The notes below the pieces were generated by a model that saw only the letters and a list, made by a program, of their open reading frames with translations, made no database searches and was not told the DNA's origin. From an uncultured delta proteobacterium (GTDB taxonomy: Bacteria; Desulfobacterota; RBG-13-43-22), in assembly GCA_963743305.1 (NCBI GenBank), contig CAVUPH010000018.1, positions 32,001 through 96,000 on the forward strand: a stretch of DNA of 64,000 nt, written 5' to 3'. Positions 39,861-50,178 of the stretch are shown here, one piece after another. A program made the position numbers and the translations under genes. Numbering within the stretch: the first letter of the stretch is position 1; every line of letters starts with the position of its first letter.

Positions 39861-41330
39861 ATGAAATATGTCGCCGCCATCGATCAGGGGACCACCAGCA
39901 CCCGCTGTTTTCTTTTTGACCGGGCGGGACAACCGAAGGCCGGGGCCCAACAGGAGCACCGGCAGATTTATCCGCGACCGGGCTGGGTGGAGCATGACCC
40001 GGTCGAGATTTGGGATCGGACCCAGCGGGTGTTCGCCGAGGCCCTGGACTCGGTCCGGGCCGAACCGGGTGACCTGGCCGCCATCGGTATCACCAACCAG
40101 CGGGAGACGACGGTGATCTGGGAAAAGGCCGGCGGACGGCCGATCCACAATGCCCTGGTCTGGCAGGATACGCGCACGGCCGGCCTCTGTGCCGAGCTGG
40201 CCGGGCAGGGCGGGCAGGACCGCTTCCGCCCCAAAACCGGCCTGCCGCTGGCCACGTATTTCTCGGGCCCGAAAATCCTCTGGCTGCTGGACCAGGTTCC
40301 CGGCGCTCGGGAGCGGGCCGAAAACGGCGATTTATTGTTCGGGACGATCGACACCTGGCTGGTCTGGAACCTGACCGGCGCTCATGTCACCGATGTGACC
40401 AACGCCGGCCGGACCCTGCTGATGAACCTGGAGACCCTGGATTGGGATGAAGACCTGCTTCGCGAACTGAAGGTGCCTCGAGCCCTGCTGCCGCGGATCG
40501 TTTCCTCGAGCGAGGTCTACGGCGTCACCGGGCAAGGCGTGTCGGTGTCGGGGATTCTGGGCGATCAACAGGCCGCCCTCTTCGGGCAGACCTGCTTCTC
40601 CCCGGGTGAGGCCAAAAATACTTACGGCACCGGTTGCTTCATGCTGCTCAACACCGGAGAAACCGCGGTGCCTTCGAACAACGGCCTGTTGACCACGCTG
40701 GGGTACCAACTGGGAAGACAACCCCCGGTCTATGCCCTGGAAGGCTCGATTGCCGTAACCGGCGCGCTGGTGCAATGGCTGCGGGACAACCTCGGCCTGA
40801 TCGGGCAGTCCGCCGAAGTGGAGGCGCTGGCCGGCTCCGTGGACGACAACGGCGGCATCTACTTCGTGCCGGCCTTCAGCGGTTTATATGCGCCTTACTG
40901 GAAGGACAGCGCCCGGGGGGCTATCGTCGGGATGACCCGCTACGTGAACAAGGGGCATATCGCCCGCGCCGCCCTGGAAGCCACGGCCTTTCAGACCCGC
41001 GAAGTGCTGGAGGCGATGAATAAAGACAGCGGCGTTCGGTTGAGCTCCTTGAGAGTGGACGGCGGGATGGTCCGCAACGAGCTCCTGATGCAGTTCCAGG
41101 CGGACATCCTCCAGGTCCCGGTGACTCGTCCCCGGATCTCCGAAACCACCGCCCTCGGGGCGGCCTATGCCGCCGGCCTGGCGGTCGGCTTCTGGTCCAA
41201 CCTGGAAGAACTGCGCCGGAACTGGCAGGCCGATAAAACCTGGCGACCCCGGATGGGAGAGGAAGAGCGCGATCGGCTGTATCGCGGCTGGCAGAAGGCT
41301 GTCACCCGCACCTTTGATTGGATCGATTAA
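39861..41330 (+). CDS. glpK: Glycerol kinase
   Basis: [38 protein letters not shown]. Confidence 0.97.
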   Translation: MKYVAAIDQGTTSTRCFLFDRAGQPKAGAQQEHRQIYPRPGWVEHDPVEIWDRTQRVFAEALDSVRAEPGDLAAIGITNQRETTVIWEKAGGRPIHNALVWQDTRTAGLCAELAGQGGQDRFRPKTGLPLATYFSGPKILWLLDQVPGARERAENGDLLFGTIDTWLVWNLTGAHVTDVTNAGRTLLMNLETLDWDEDLLRELKVPRALLPRIVSSSEVYGVTGQGVSVSGILGDQQAALFGQTCFSPGEAKNTYGTGCFMLLNTGETAVPSNNGLLTTLGYQLGRQPPVYALEGSIAVTGALVQWLRDNLGLIGQSAEVEALAGSVDDNGGIYFVPAFSGLYAPYWKDSARGAIVGMTRYVNKGHIARAALEATAFQTREVLEAMNKDSGVRLSSLRVDGGMVRNELLMQFQADILQVPVTRPRISETTALGAAYAAGLAVGFWSNLEELRRNWQADKTWRPRMGEEERDRLYRGWQKAVTRTFDWID

Positions 41331-41371
41331 CAGTTTGATGAAGTGGATCAAAGAATGAGGAGGTAAGAATC

Positions 41372-43102
41372 ATGCCCAAGCAAAGAATGACCCCCAGCGA
41401 AGCGCTGGTCGAGACCCTGGTGGCCGAGGGGGTAAAAACAGTATTCGGGATCGTGGGTTCGGCCTTCATGGATGCCCTGGATTTATTCCCGGCGGCGGGA
41501 ATCCGCTTTGTTTCCGTGGCCCACGAACAGGCCGCCGCCCACGCCGCTGACGGCCTGGCCCGGGTGACCGGCCGGCCCCAGGTCTGCATCGCCCAGAACG
41601 GCCCGGGGGTGGCCAATTTCGTGTCCGCCGTCACCGCCGCCTTCTGGGCCCACTCGCCGGTGGTGGCCATCACCCCGGAAACGGGTTCCCTGGGGATCGG
41701 GACCGGCGGGTTTCAGGAACTGGACCAGATGGCCTGGTTCAAGGAGCAGACGGTCTACCAGGTGCGCGTCAATCGGCCGGAGCGAATGGCCGAGTTGGCC
41801 CGCCGGGCGTTTTATCTGGCCAAATTGGAAAACGGACCGGCCCAGCTCAATATCCCCCGCGATTACTTTTACGGTTTGTGCGAGGATGAGATCTACCCCA
41901 CGCTGACCGTCTCCCGGGGCAGCGGACCGCGGGAGGCCCTGGAAGCGGCCGCCCGGCTGCTGCTCAAGGCCAAAACCCCGGTCATTCTGGCCGGAGGCGG
42001 GGTCTCCCAGGGGAACGCGCTGGAAGAAGTAATGGCCCTGGCCGAGTACCTCGGCGCCCCGGTGGCCAACACCTATCTGCACAATGACACTTTCCCGGGG
42101 GACCATCCGCTGGCCGTGGGGCCCATCGGCTACTGCGGCTCCAAGGCGGCCATGCGGACCTTAGCCCAAGCCGATGTGGTCCTGGCCCTGGGCACCCGCC
42201 TGGGCCCCTTCGGCACCCTGCCCCAGTACGGATTGGACTATTGGCCTAAACAGGCCAAGCTTATTCAGGTGGACGTGAATGCCCGGGTCCTGGGCCTCAG
42301 TCGGCGAGTGGACGTGGCCAGCCCGGCGGAAGTGAAGGAATTCACCCGTGAAATGATCCTGCTGCTCAAAACCCGCAAACCGGAGATGAAAATTAATCGA
42401 AAACGCCTGCGGGAGTTGGAAAATGAGAAACGGGACTGGTCCGAGGAATTACGGAAGGAATCTTCCTCCACAGCCAAACTGATGCACCCCCGGAGATTTC
42501 TATGGGAGCTGTCCCGGGCCATCCCCCCGGGTTCCATCGTCACCACGGACATCGGCAATAATTCCTCTATGTGCAATGCTTATCTGAAGTTCAACGACGT
42601 CCGGCAGCATCTGGCCGCCCTGAGCTGGGGTAATTGCGGCTTTGCCTACGGGGCCGCCCTGGGGGCCAAGATCGGCCGGCCCAAGGTCCCGGTCTTTGCC
42701 TTCCAGGGAGACGGAGCCTACGGGATCAGCGGCCTGGCCGAAGTCATGACGGCGGTGCGGGAAAATATCCCGGTGATCGCCGTGGTGGCCAATAACCAGG
42801 AGTGGGGGGCGGAGAAGAAAAATCAGATCGATTATTACGATAACCGTTTTGTGGGCGCTAACCTGCCGGACAACCCGGATTACGCCCGGTTGGCGGAGGA
42901 TATGGGGGCCAAGGGCTTTCGGGTGGAGGACTACCGGGACGTGCCGGAGGTGGTGCGCGAGGCCGTCAAGTCCAACCGGCCCTGCGTGATCAACGCGCTG
43001 ATTGAAGGCGGCGAAAAGGTCCTGGCCGAGCCCTTCCGGAGGGATGCCTTGAAAAAGCCGGTGCGCCTTCTGCCTAAATACAAGCACTTGACGGTTCGGT
43101 AA
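41372..43102 (+). CDS. xsc: Sulfoacetaldehyde acetyltransferase
   Basis: MTPSEALVETL, GIVGSAFMD, AQNGPG, AFWAHSP, GYCGSKAAM, WGAEKKNQ, EPFRRDAL. Confidence 0.9.
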   Translation: MPKQRMTPSEALVETLVAEGVKTVFGIVGSAFMDALDLFPAAGIRFVSVAHEQAAAHAADGLARVTGRPQVCIAQNGPGVANFVSAVTAAFWAHSPVVAITPETGSLGIGTGGFQELDQMAWFKEQTVYQVRVNRPERMAELARRAFYLAKLENGPAQLNIPRDYFYGLCEDEIYPTLTVSRGSGPREALEAAARLLLKAKTPVILAGGGVSQGNALEEVMALAEYLGAPVANTYLHNDTFPGDHPLAVGPIGYCGSKAAMRTLAQADVVLALGTRLGPFGTLPQYGLDYWPKQAKLIQVDVNARVLGLSRRVDVASPAEVKEFTREMILLLKTRKPEMKINRKRLRELENEKRDWSEELRKESSSTAKLMHPRRFLWELSRAIPPGSIVTTDIGNNSSMCNAYLKFNDVRQHLAALSWGNCGFAYGAALGAKIGRPKVPVFAFQGDGAYGISGLAEVMTAVRENIPVIAVVANNQEWGAEKKNQIDYYDNRFVGANLPDNPDYARLAEDMGAKGFRVEDYRDVPEVVREAVKSNRPCVINALIEGGEKVLAEPFRRDALKKPVRLLPKYKHLTVR

Positions 43103-43140
43103 CTCTTTTCTCGGTTACGAAACCGTCATTTTTGATGGTT

Positions 43141-43269
43141 TCGCAAAAAGTCCCCAGCGCCGTCATTGCGAGGAGTGAAGCGACGAAGCAATCCCCAAGA
43201 ATCAGCCGGTTACCATGGGGGGGATTGCTTCGCTTCGCTCGCAATGACAGGTTCTTGGACTTTTTGCGA
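43141..43269. repeat. Family A palindromic element, reverse orientation
   Basis: Same terminal IR and core as 36174-36302. Confidence 0.85.
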
Positions 43270-43348
43270 GACATCGTTTCTAATGGACTCACTGAAAAGG
43301 GAAGATCGAAATTTAGGAGAAGGCTTTTAGAGGAAAGGGGTACCAAGT

Positions 43349-44440
43349 ATGGAGATCAAATGGGGAAAACTGGTCGGGCTGGTTTTCATCGGGATCTGTC
43401 TCATCATTAACCCGGCGTCGGCTGCCCAGAAGAAAGCCGCGGTGAAGAAAGCGAAAGTGACGCAAAAAGAACCCGCGCGACCGAAGGCGGCGGATGTCAA
43501 TACGGCGCTGGTCTTTGGGAAGGCCGGAACGGGTCCGGGCGAGTTCGAGACCATCGACGGCGTCTGGGTGGATGCCCGGGGCCGGATCCTGGTCGTCGAC
43601 AAGGGGAATAATCGGATCAGCTTTTTTAATGGCGGCGGCCGGTTTTTAAAGTCTTTCGGGGAATCGGGCGAAGGACCGGGCCAATTCAACCTGTGCACGG
43701 GTGTCGTCATTGACCGGCAGCAGCGCATCATCGTCTCCGACCAGGGCAATTTCCGCATCCAGGTCTTCGATGCGGATGGAAAATTTCTGACCGCTTTCGG
43801 ACGCCAGGGAAACGGTGACGGGGAATTTCAGGAACCCATGGGCCTGGCCCTGGATGAAAAGGGTAATCTCTACGTTGCCGACGGGACCCGGGACGATGTT
43901 CAGGTTTTCGACGAAAATTTCGCCTTTGTCCGGAAATTCGGAATCTTAAACCCTGATGCCGGACGAATGGAAATGATCGAGTCAGTGGCTGTCGGCCCCC
44001 CGCCACAGCAGGAAGTCTATGTCTCCGACGAAAAGAATTCCCGCATCCAGCGCTTCAGCGCCGAGGGGGCGCACCTCGGGACAATCGGCAAAAAGGGTTT
44101 CGGACCGGGGATGTTTGCCAAAGAAGTGGAAGGATTGACGTTTGATAATCTGGGGTACCTCTACGCGATGGATGAAACCGGGGGCAAGATCGAAGTCTTT
44201 GACCCGGAAGGCCGGCCGGTTCATTCCTTCGGCGGGGGGTTGGGCATCCGGCCGGGCCAATTCAATTCACCGGACGGCCTTCACTACAGCCCCCTTTACA
44301 ATAGCATCCTGGTCGCCGACCAGCGGAATCACCGCGTTCAGGTCTTTCATCTGGATGATATCTGGAAAAACAAAAAGCGGGCAGTTCAAAAACACGAGAA
44401 CCGACAGATCGACCATTCCACCGACGACGGTCGGTCATGA
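43349..44440 (+). CDS. Exported NHL-repeat beta-propeller protein
   Basis: Signal peptide; about six repeats of G.G.GxF..P.G..D..N.RIQVF. Confidence 0.88.
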   Translation: MEIKWGKLVGLVFIGICLIINPASAAQKKAAVKKAKVTQKEPARPKAADVNTALVFGKAGTGPGEFETIDGVWVDARGRILVVDKGNNRISFFNGGGRFLKSFGESGEGPGQFNLCTGVVIDRQQRIIVSDQGNFRIQVFDADGKFLTAFGRQGNGDGEFQEPMGLALDEKGNLYVADGTRDDVQVFDENFAFVRKFGILNPDAGRMEMIESVAVGPPPQQEVYVSDEKNSRIQRFSAEGAHLGTIGKKGFGPGMFAKEVEGLTFDNLGYLYAMDETGGKIEVFDPEGRPVHSFGGGLGIRPGQFNSPDGLHYSPLYNSILVADQRNHRVQVFHLDDIWKNKKRAVQKHENRQIDHSTDDGRS

Positions 44441-44575
44441 TCCCTGGGTACCCCTTAATACGAAAATAATCTTGAATACCGCTTTTTAGGCGGCTTCGGG
44501 TAATTTTTCCAAGTCCACTTTATAACCGAGGGCTTCCATTCTACATTTAGTATGAGAATAACCCGGCCGCCCCAT

Positions 44576-44668
44576 TGTCTTTGCGAACGAAGCGAAGCAA
44601 TCCCCCTGTTGGCTTACTCCGCCCCCCAAGCTCAATCGGGGGATTGCTTCGCTTCGCTCGCAATGACG
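44576..44668. repeat. Family A core, partial
   Basis: GCGAAGCAATCCCC..GGGGATTGCTTCGCTTCGCTCGCAATGAC. Confidence 0.75.
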
Positions 44669-44928
44669 CGCATTTCGAATATTTTCATGATTTGCGGGTG
44701 CCTACCCGCGGGCATGGGGGTTTAGTACGAAAATAGAACTCGGCACCACTCGGGCATTCATCAATAATTAATAATTAACAAATTAATTATTAATTATTAA
44801 TTTCAATACCGATTTAATACGGAGCGGCCCGCCAGGGACACGATCGAGTTAAGGACCCCTTTTGGTGCTCTTGACCAGAACCGGAAACGCCCGGCTCCGT
44901 CATCCTTTGCTTAGACTGATATATTTGT

Positions 44929-45810
44929 CTACAACAGATGGTCTTGTTTCAATCGATTGATGATTTCTGTGGTCGAATAGCTTCGGTTCATCGTGTAAAA
45001 ATGAAGTCCGGCCACGTCCTCTTTGAGCAAACCTTGGCATTGCTCGGTGGCAAAATCGATGCCTACCTGGAGTACCGCCTGACTGTCGGCCTGATCCACG
45101 CCATCCAAACGACGCTGCAATTGAGGCACAATTTTGGAGCCACATATCTTGGACAACATTTGGGTCATTTTTACTGTATACACCGGCATAATGCCCGGAA
45201 TAATCGGCACATCGATGCCAATCGCGTGGCACTTGTCAACGAAGCGCAAAAAATAGTCGTTGTCGTAGAAATACTGAGTCACAACATAGTTCACGCCGTT
45301 GTCCACTTTTTGCTTCAGATACTCGATGTCTTTTTCCAGACTTTGAGCTTCGACATGCCCTTCGGGGTATCCGGCACATCCAAGTATAAAATCATAGCGC
45401 TTTTTTACAAAAGCGATTATATCCGAAGCATGGGCAAAACTATCCGGATGGGCGGTAAAATTCTTTTCTTTGGGTTGATCGCCTCTGATTACATAAATGG
45501 TTTGGACGCCCAGCGCTTTATAATCGTCCAGAACGCTGACAATCTGATCAGGCCCCAGACCGTATCCCGCTATGTAAGCCACCGTAGGCAAGTGTTTGTC
45601 GGCTATCAACTGCTTGACCGTCTGGTAGGACCCTTCACGGGTGGAACCACCGGCGCCGAATGTAACGGACAGGTAATCCGGCTTCAGCCGTGATAGGCTA
45701 TCCACAGTGTCCGAAAACGATTCAGCCGCTTTTTGGTCTCTGGGGGGAGAAAATTCCATGGAAACAGCCGGTTTTTTGTTTTGATACAAATCTTTAACGT
45801 TCACTGACAT
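44929..45810 (-). CDS. metF: Methylenetetrahydrofolate reductase
   Basis: SMEFSPP, SVTFGAGGS, RGD, AGYPEGH, TQYFYD, PGIMP, LHFYTMN. Confidence 0.92.
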   Translation of the reverse strand: MSVNVKDLYQNKKPAVSMEFSPPRDQKAAESFSDTVDSLSRLKPDYLSVTFGAGGSTREGSYQTVKQLIADKHLPTVAYIAGYGLGPDQIVSVLDDYKALGVQTIYVIRGDQPKEKNFTAHPDSFAHASDIIAFVKKRYDFILGCAGYPEGHVEAQSLEKDIEYLKQKVDNGVNYVVTQYFYDNDYFLRFVDKCHAIGIDVPIIPGIMPVYTVKMTQMLSKICGSKIVPQLQRRLDGVDQADSQAVLQVGIDFATEQCQGLLKEDVAGLHFYTMNRSYSTTEIINRLKQDHLL

Positions 45811-45880
45811 CCTCCTTTGTAAGAATAACTGTTTATGGTTCCTCTGCCAAAATCCTTTTCACCCAAATTTCGGTCAGAAA

Positions 45881-45932
45881 AGCGTACATAGAGTTCCACC
45901 GGGAGCGCTAGCGATCCGGTGGAGCGTCTGGT
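45881..45932 (-). other. attC-like site interrupted by intron (rest at 46707-46711)
   Basis: Removing the intron gives minus-strand GCATAAC-cagacg-CTCCACCGG-atcgctagcgctc-CCGGTGGAA-ctctat-GTACGCT. Confidence 0.7.
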
Positions 45933-46706
45933 GTACGCCCGGCATAGGCGTGATCTTATGGGGGACCCGACCTGTTCAGTCGAGGAAGTCCCTGTATGCC
46001 AAACTCGTTACTGTCGTAAGCAGGAACATAAATACTAGCCGAAAGCAAGGGCGATCTCGCGAGGGATCGTCCGAAGGAAGCTGGAGTGCAAAGCTATGAG
46101 CTCGACGATGATAGAAATGGCATACAAGGCCCAGTCTCCGGGTAAGTCAGCACAACGTGACAAAGCCCCGGGTTTAGGAGACACGGTAAATGCCGCGGTT
46201 GTGTAACGACAGATCACGTCCTTATCCGGGGAGGCCTGTTCGACAGGCGGTCCAGTCAACATTGGACAGCATCCGGCCTGGAAAGATGCCGAATGACCGG
46301 GCAGGAGTCAGCCGAGGTCATAGTAGTTCGCCATCGACGAACGAAGGACCGAACCCAGGGCATGGAAAAGGCCCGGCAACTGGACCATCGCCATGAACCA
46401 GTCCGGGGGATCGAGTGGCCGGGGCGTTGCTGATTAACACAATCCTAATGAACACCTGCGGACTGCTATCTCGGTCGGGATGAGCCGGAAAGGCTCCTGA
46501 CGACTCTCACGCACCCTGGCCACCCAGAAGGGCATGATCCCGCCTTGAAGTGACTCAAGGATCAAGGGTTGCTGTCTGTCAAAGATCAGTGAGTAAACAT
46601 CCATTACACGGTTACGGCTCGGTAGTCTATCTGCGGAACACGCCTAGTGCGGACCCGCATGCTAGGTGGTGCGGGAGGGGAAGAGAAAAACTCCTCCTTG
46701 CCCGAT
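45933..46706 (+). mobile_element. Group IIC (attC-targeting) intron, internally deleted, no RT ORF
   Basis: 5' GTACGCCCGGCATAGGCG; conserved blocks CTTATCCGGGGAGGCCT, GAGTCAGCCGAGGTCATAGTAG, GAAGGACCGAAC; domain V CGCCTAGTGCGGACCCGCATGCTAGGTGGTGCGGGAGGGG; 3' CCCGAT; maturase C-terminal relic at 46453-46625. Confidence 0.88.
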
Positions 46707-46815
46707 TATGCCATGGTCCTTCACTCCTGTCCCAAAACTTCAGCAGTTCCTCTCTTTGCTTTTTCGATCTGCGGGTCTTACCTGTCGGATTCTTTCCAGT
46801 GCATTGTTTCCCCAA

Positions 46816-47300
46816 TCAGACTTTTAGTGCATACAGTTGGTTATGAGCGGCCGAAATGAGTGCGTTGATGGCTCCCATGGTTACATAGGCATCGTTTGGA
46901 GATTCTTTAAGATTCGTTTTTGAGAATGCGATGGTGCCGCGCTCAATTGCTTTGCTGAACTGCTCATCACGAAAACGGCACCCGATGAGATTTGGGTGAT
47001 CAATCTCAGCGATTTTGGCGTTGAACTCACAGTTCGTCAGACGAGTGCTTCGTAAAGGACCTACGTCTGACGAAACAAAGGTCTGCAATAAAATTTCCAT
47101 TTTATCATGGCAAAACCTAATCGTCTCTCTGCGTCGATGGTCGGTTGTCGATACCCCCCCGGTATTCCTCTGCATGAGGATGAACTCCATATCGTTCTTG
47201 ATGATCACGTTCGGCTCGTACGGTATTCCGTATGAATTTCGAGCCGTTGGATACCAGATCTGTAAGAAGGGTTAGCGATTTTGTGCCAAATGACTTGGTC
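46816..47300 (-). pseudogene. Fragmented low-GC hypothetical cassette-like gene
   Basis: Overlapping ORFs 47117-47365 and 46816-47208 upstream of the attC. Confidence 0.35.
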
Positions 47301-47304
47301 ACGA

Positions 47305-47751
47305 CTGGTCGAAGTCCTTCGACGACATTCAATATTGATTCTCTTATCTTGCAGAGGAAATTCATGCGTACCTCCGAAGCTTCCTATTTCCTGCTTCGAA
47401 TTTTTACCAGCACCCATTCTCCACGCTCAATGATTCAAGGATATCCTTTTCCTCGACATCCAAAACTATTTTTTTCATTTCTTTGCCCTCGCGTTCTTGT
47501 TTGTAGCGTTTCTACTGGGGATAATGGTCTTGAGAAATAGCTCCTCACTTTTTTCGGTGTAAGGAACAGATCCGCGTAGTCATCAATCCTGATTATGGCG
47601 ATGTTTTGTCCTGGATATCGATCCGGTTTGGATGTTCTATTGTGTCGAGAACATCTCCTCTTTCCATCAGCACGACAACCTGTTAAAAACAAAGGCCTCT
47701 AGTTTTCCTGAGCATCTCGTTTTTTTCATTATCCCATCGAAAGACATTCAT
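47305..47751 (-). pseudogene. BrnT/BrnA-type toxin-antitoxin remnant
   Basis: MNVFRWDNEKNEMLRKTRGLCF*Q..RYPGQ..LFLKTIIPSR, then MKKIVLDVEEKDILES..DKRINI; internal stop and frameshifts. Confidence 0.75.
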
Positions 47752-47863
47752 ATTATATGTTTACGACAATGTGTGCCTTTTGTCAATATCTATTCTTTTA
47801 ATTCCTTCTTTTCCATACCCTTCAAATCATACCAGGGCCATGCCTCACGACTTGGCCCGGGAT

Positions 47864-48845
47864 CTATACCGAGCATTTCGAAAACAGTTCCTCAAACAGC
47901 TTTTTCAAGGCCCCATCTTCCGCCATTCGGGACACCAGCCTTTTCCTTTCCTGGCTGACTGCGCTGGCGCCTATCCCGAAAAGGCTTCCGATCTCGTCTC
48001 CGGTCAGATCCGCCTACCCGATACAGCAATTCCATGGCCAACCGGCGCCGGTCCCCCTTGGAAGATTTAAGCTCTTCCAAACTCAAACCGGTTTCCACTG
48101 CCAGCAATTCCAGGACCTGCTCCTTGGATCGATAGCGTTTCAAGTCGTTATATCCGCTGTAATCCCCGATCGGCAGATCCTTAATGTGTTTTTCCCGGAC
48201 CCATTGGATATAACCCGCCCGGCCCAGAACACACCCGCCGACTATTTTTCCTTTCAGTTCGATACCCCCGACGAGGTCTTCTCGAATACGTTTTCCATAA
48301 CCTCGCCGTCCCTTCGCGTTGTCTCCGCCGAATTCACCCAAAACCAACCCGTAATCCACCCCCGGCCAGCGGTCTTTGATATTCAAATATCCCGGTAGAG
48401 TGCTCCAGGGATAGTCCAGCAGATAGTGCCAGCGGATTTTGGGGTCCTCCGATTCCAGTTCTCGTGTCCGGACGGGGTTCAAGTGGATATAACGGGACAG
48501 CTCGGATAGATAGCTCTCTTTTTCTACCAGAATGCTTTTATATCGGCCTTGGTACAAGTGGCCCACCCGCCGGTGCCGGCGGTTGAAATAGCCGGTATAC
48601 GTGATGTTAAACCGCCGCATGAATTCGTTCAGATTGCCCAAAGGAGTCTCCAGCAGCAGATGAAAATGATTCTCCATCAAAACCCCGGCATATATCTTCA
48701 CGTTATAGATGGTTCGGGACCCCGCCAGGATATCCAGGAACTCCGTCCGGTCCGTATCGTCCCGGAAGATGTCCTGACGGTCATTGCCCCGGCAGGTGAC
48801 GTGATATACCGCCCCGGGATATCGGATGCGCAAAGGTCGACTCAT
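47864..48845 (-). mobile_element. Y1 HUH (RAYT-like) transposase with C-terminal HTH; one frameshift near 48008
   Basis: MSRPLRI..YHVTCRGN, NHFHLL, GHLYQGRYKS, YIHLNPVR; alternate frame GDEIGSLFGIGASAVSQ; flank GGGGTCAATTCT. Confidence 0.9.
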
Positions 48846-48899
48846 GGAATCCCTGTATCAAATTGGCACAGAAGATGTCAACAATAAAGAATTGACCCC

Positions 48900-49212
48900 T
48901 ATTCTCTACGTCCTCCCAGTTGAGCCGCGTAGTCTTGCTGGTCCGGCCGTTCATTCTGAGGAAGATCTGCTCGTTGGTGAGATCAATGTACTGGTATAGA
49001 TTCGGGAACGCCTGCTCTAACTCCTCTTCTCCCAGCTCTTGCCCGAGGTGGGCTTTCACTGGAATACTCCGGGCTAGTTCCCGGTATTCGCGTGACAAGT
49101 CATCCTCGAAATCTGTCCTCGCCTGTTGAGTGCTCTTGCGAACCTGCCAGGCGGCGACGAGCACTGCTACTGCCGTGCCGATCGACCCTATGGCGGACAT
49201 TTTGATGCTCAT
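48900..49212 (-). pseudogene. Cassette-like gene with N-terminal TM, apparently truncated by the transposase element
   Basis: Starts just after attC core GTTAGGC; runs into the transposase flank near 48900. Confidence 0.5.
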
Positions 49213-49235
49213 TGTTCGTACCCTATCTCTCTTCG

Positions 49236-49298
49236 GCCTAACGTGGAGGTAAGGAACGGCGCGCTTTTGCGCCGTCCAGCTTGAGTCTAGGATTAGAA
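49236..49298 (-). other. attC-like recombination site
   Basis: Minus strand TTCTAAT..ACTCAAGC-TGGACGGCGC-AAAA-GCGCGCCGTTC-CTTACCT..GTTAGGC, 63 bp. Confidence 0.65.
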
Positions 49299-49343
49299 CT
49301 CATGTTGGCATCACGAAAACGACTTTTATTCGTCTGTTAGAAT

Positions 49344-50177
49344 TCAAAGACCGAATTCCAATTTTAAGCTCTTCAGGTCTTCCTCAAATTGATCCGCCAT
49401 TTTCAACGTATAGATGCGCTCGATGTAGCCCTCATTCTGAAACTTGATTATCTTGGCCAAATCGCTTTGGCGCTGGTTCCATGATAAACCGTCTGTAAAG
49501 AATAGTAATTTGGTGTCGTGACGCTTTGCCCTCATTATTTTTTCGATATCACCGATAACATCGGTCATTTTTGAACCGGTTGCGGCATACCCCTTCGCCT
49601 CAACAATTATTTTGGGAAGTTCACGCCCGGGAATTGAAAAGTCACACTTCGCTTTTGTTCCGGAGATGCCGGTAAAATTGCACCGAACATCGTATGCCTT
49701 GAATATCATTTTTATAATCTCTTCAACGAAATTTTCAAGATTGCGACCGCGCCTCATGCCGCTGATTGCACTGCCACGTCCACTCCTGAGCCGTTCCTCA
49801 AGAGTGTCTGACCAGTGCGGGACTCGGTTGATGCAGACCATCATTGACTGAGGGACCCCTAGGGCAACTAATGCTTGAATGAAATCATCCGGATGATCGT
49901 GAAATCGTTTAATTCCACAACCGCCGCTTCCTAATGCAGAGCTGAGCATCGGGGTGAACTGGTCCTTTGACAATCCAAGGAATAAACGAAAGATGAGCAA
50001 TGCATCATCAAAATTATTTTCAAGAATGCGTTTTATGTCCGCTGGTCCATATTTCTTTTTTTGTGGAATATTTCTTAGATAAGCAATGACTCGAATAGCC
50101 ACATCATCCTGCCAATCAACCTGTAGCGGCTGCAGAGACTCCAAAATCTCAGCCAAAGTTTGTCGCGTTCGCCTCAT
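49344..50177 (-). CDS. Type II restriction endonuclease, DpnII-like PD-(D/E)XK
   Basis: KCDF..IVEAKGY..GSKMTD..TDG; low GC; abuts MTase. Confidence 0.75.
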   Translation of the reverse strand: MRRTRQTLAEILESLQPLQVDWQDDVAIRVIAYLRNIPQKKKYGPADIKRILENNFDDALLIFRLFLGLSKDQFTPMLSSALGSGGCGIKRFHDHPDDFIQALVALGVPQSMMVCINRVPHWSDTLEERLRSGRGSAISGMRRGRNLENFVEEIIKMIFKAYDVRCNFTGISGTKAKCDFSIPGRELPKIIVEAKGYAATGSKMTDVIGDIEKIMRAKRHDTKLLFFTDGLSWNQRQSDLAKIIKFQNEGYIERIYTLKMADQFEEDLKSLKLEFGL

Positions 50178-50178
50178 T

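Noticed and set aside
45811-46400. SAM or other riboswitch upstream of metF
   Set aside because: The structured sequence is explained by the attC site and group II intron on the opposite strand
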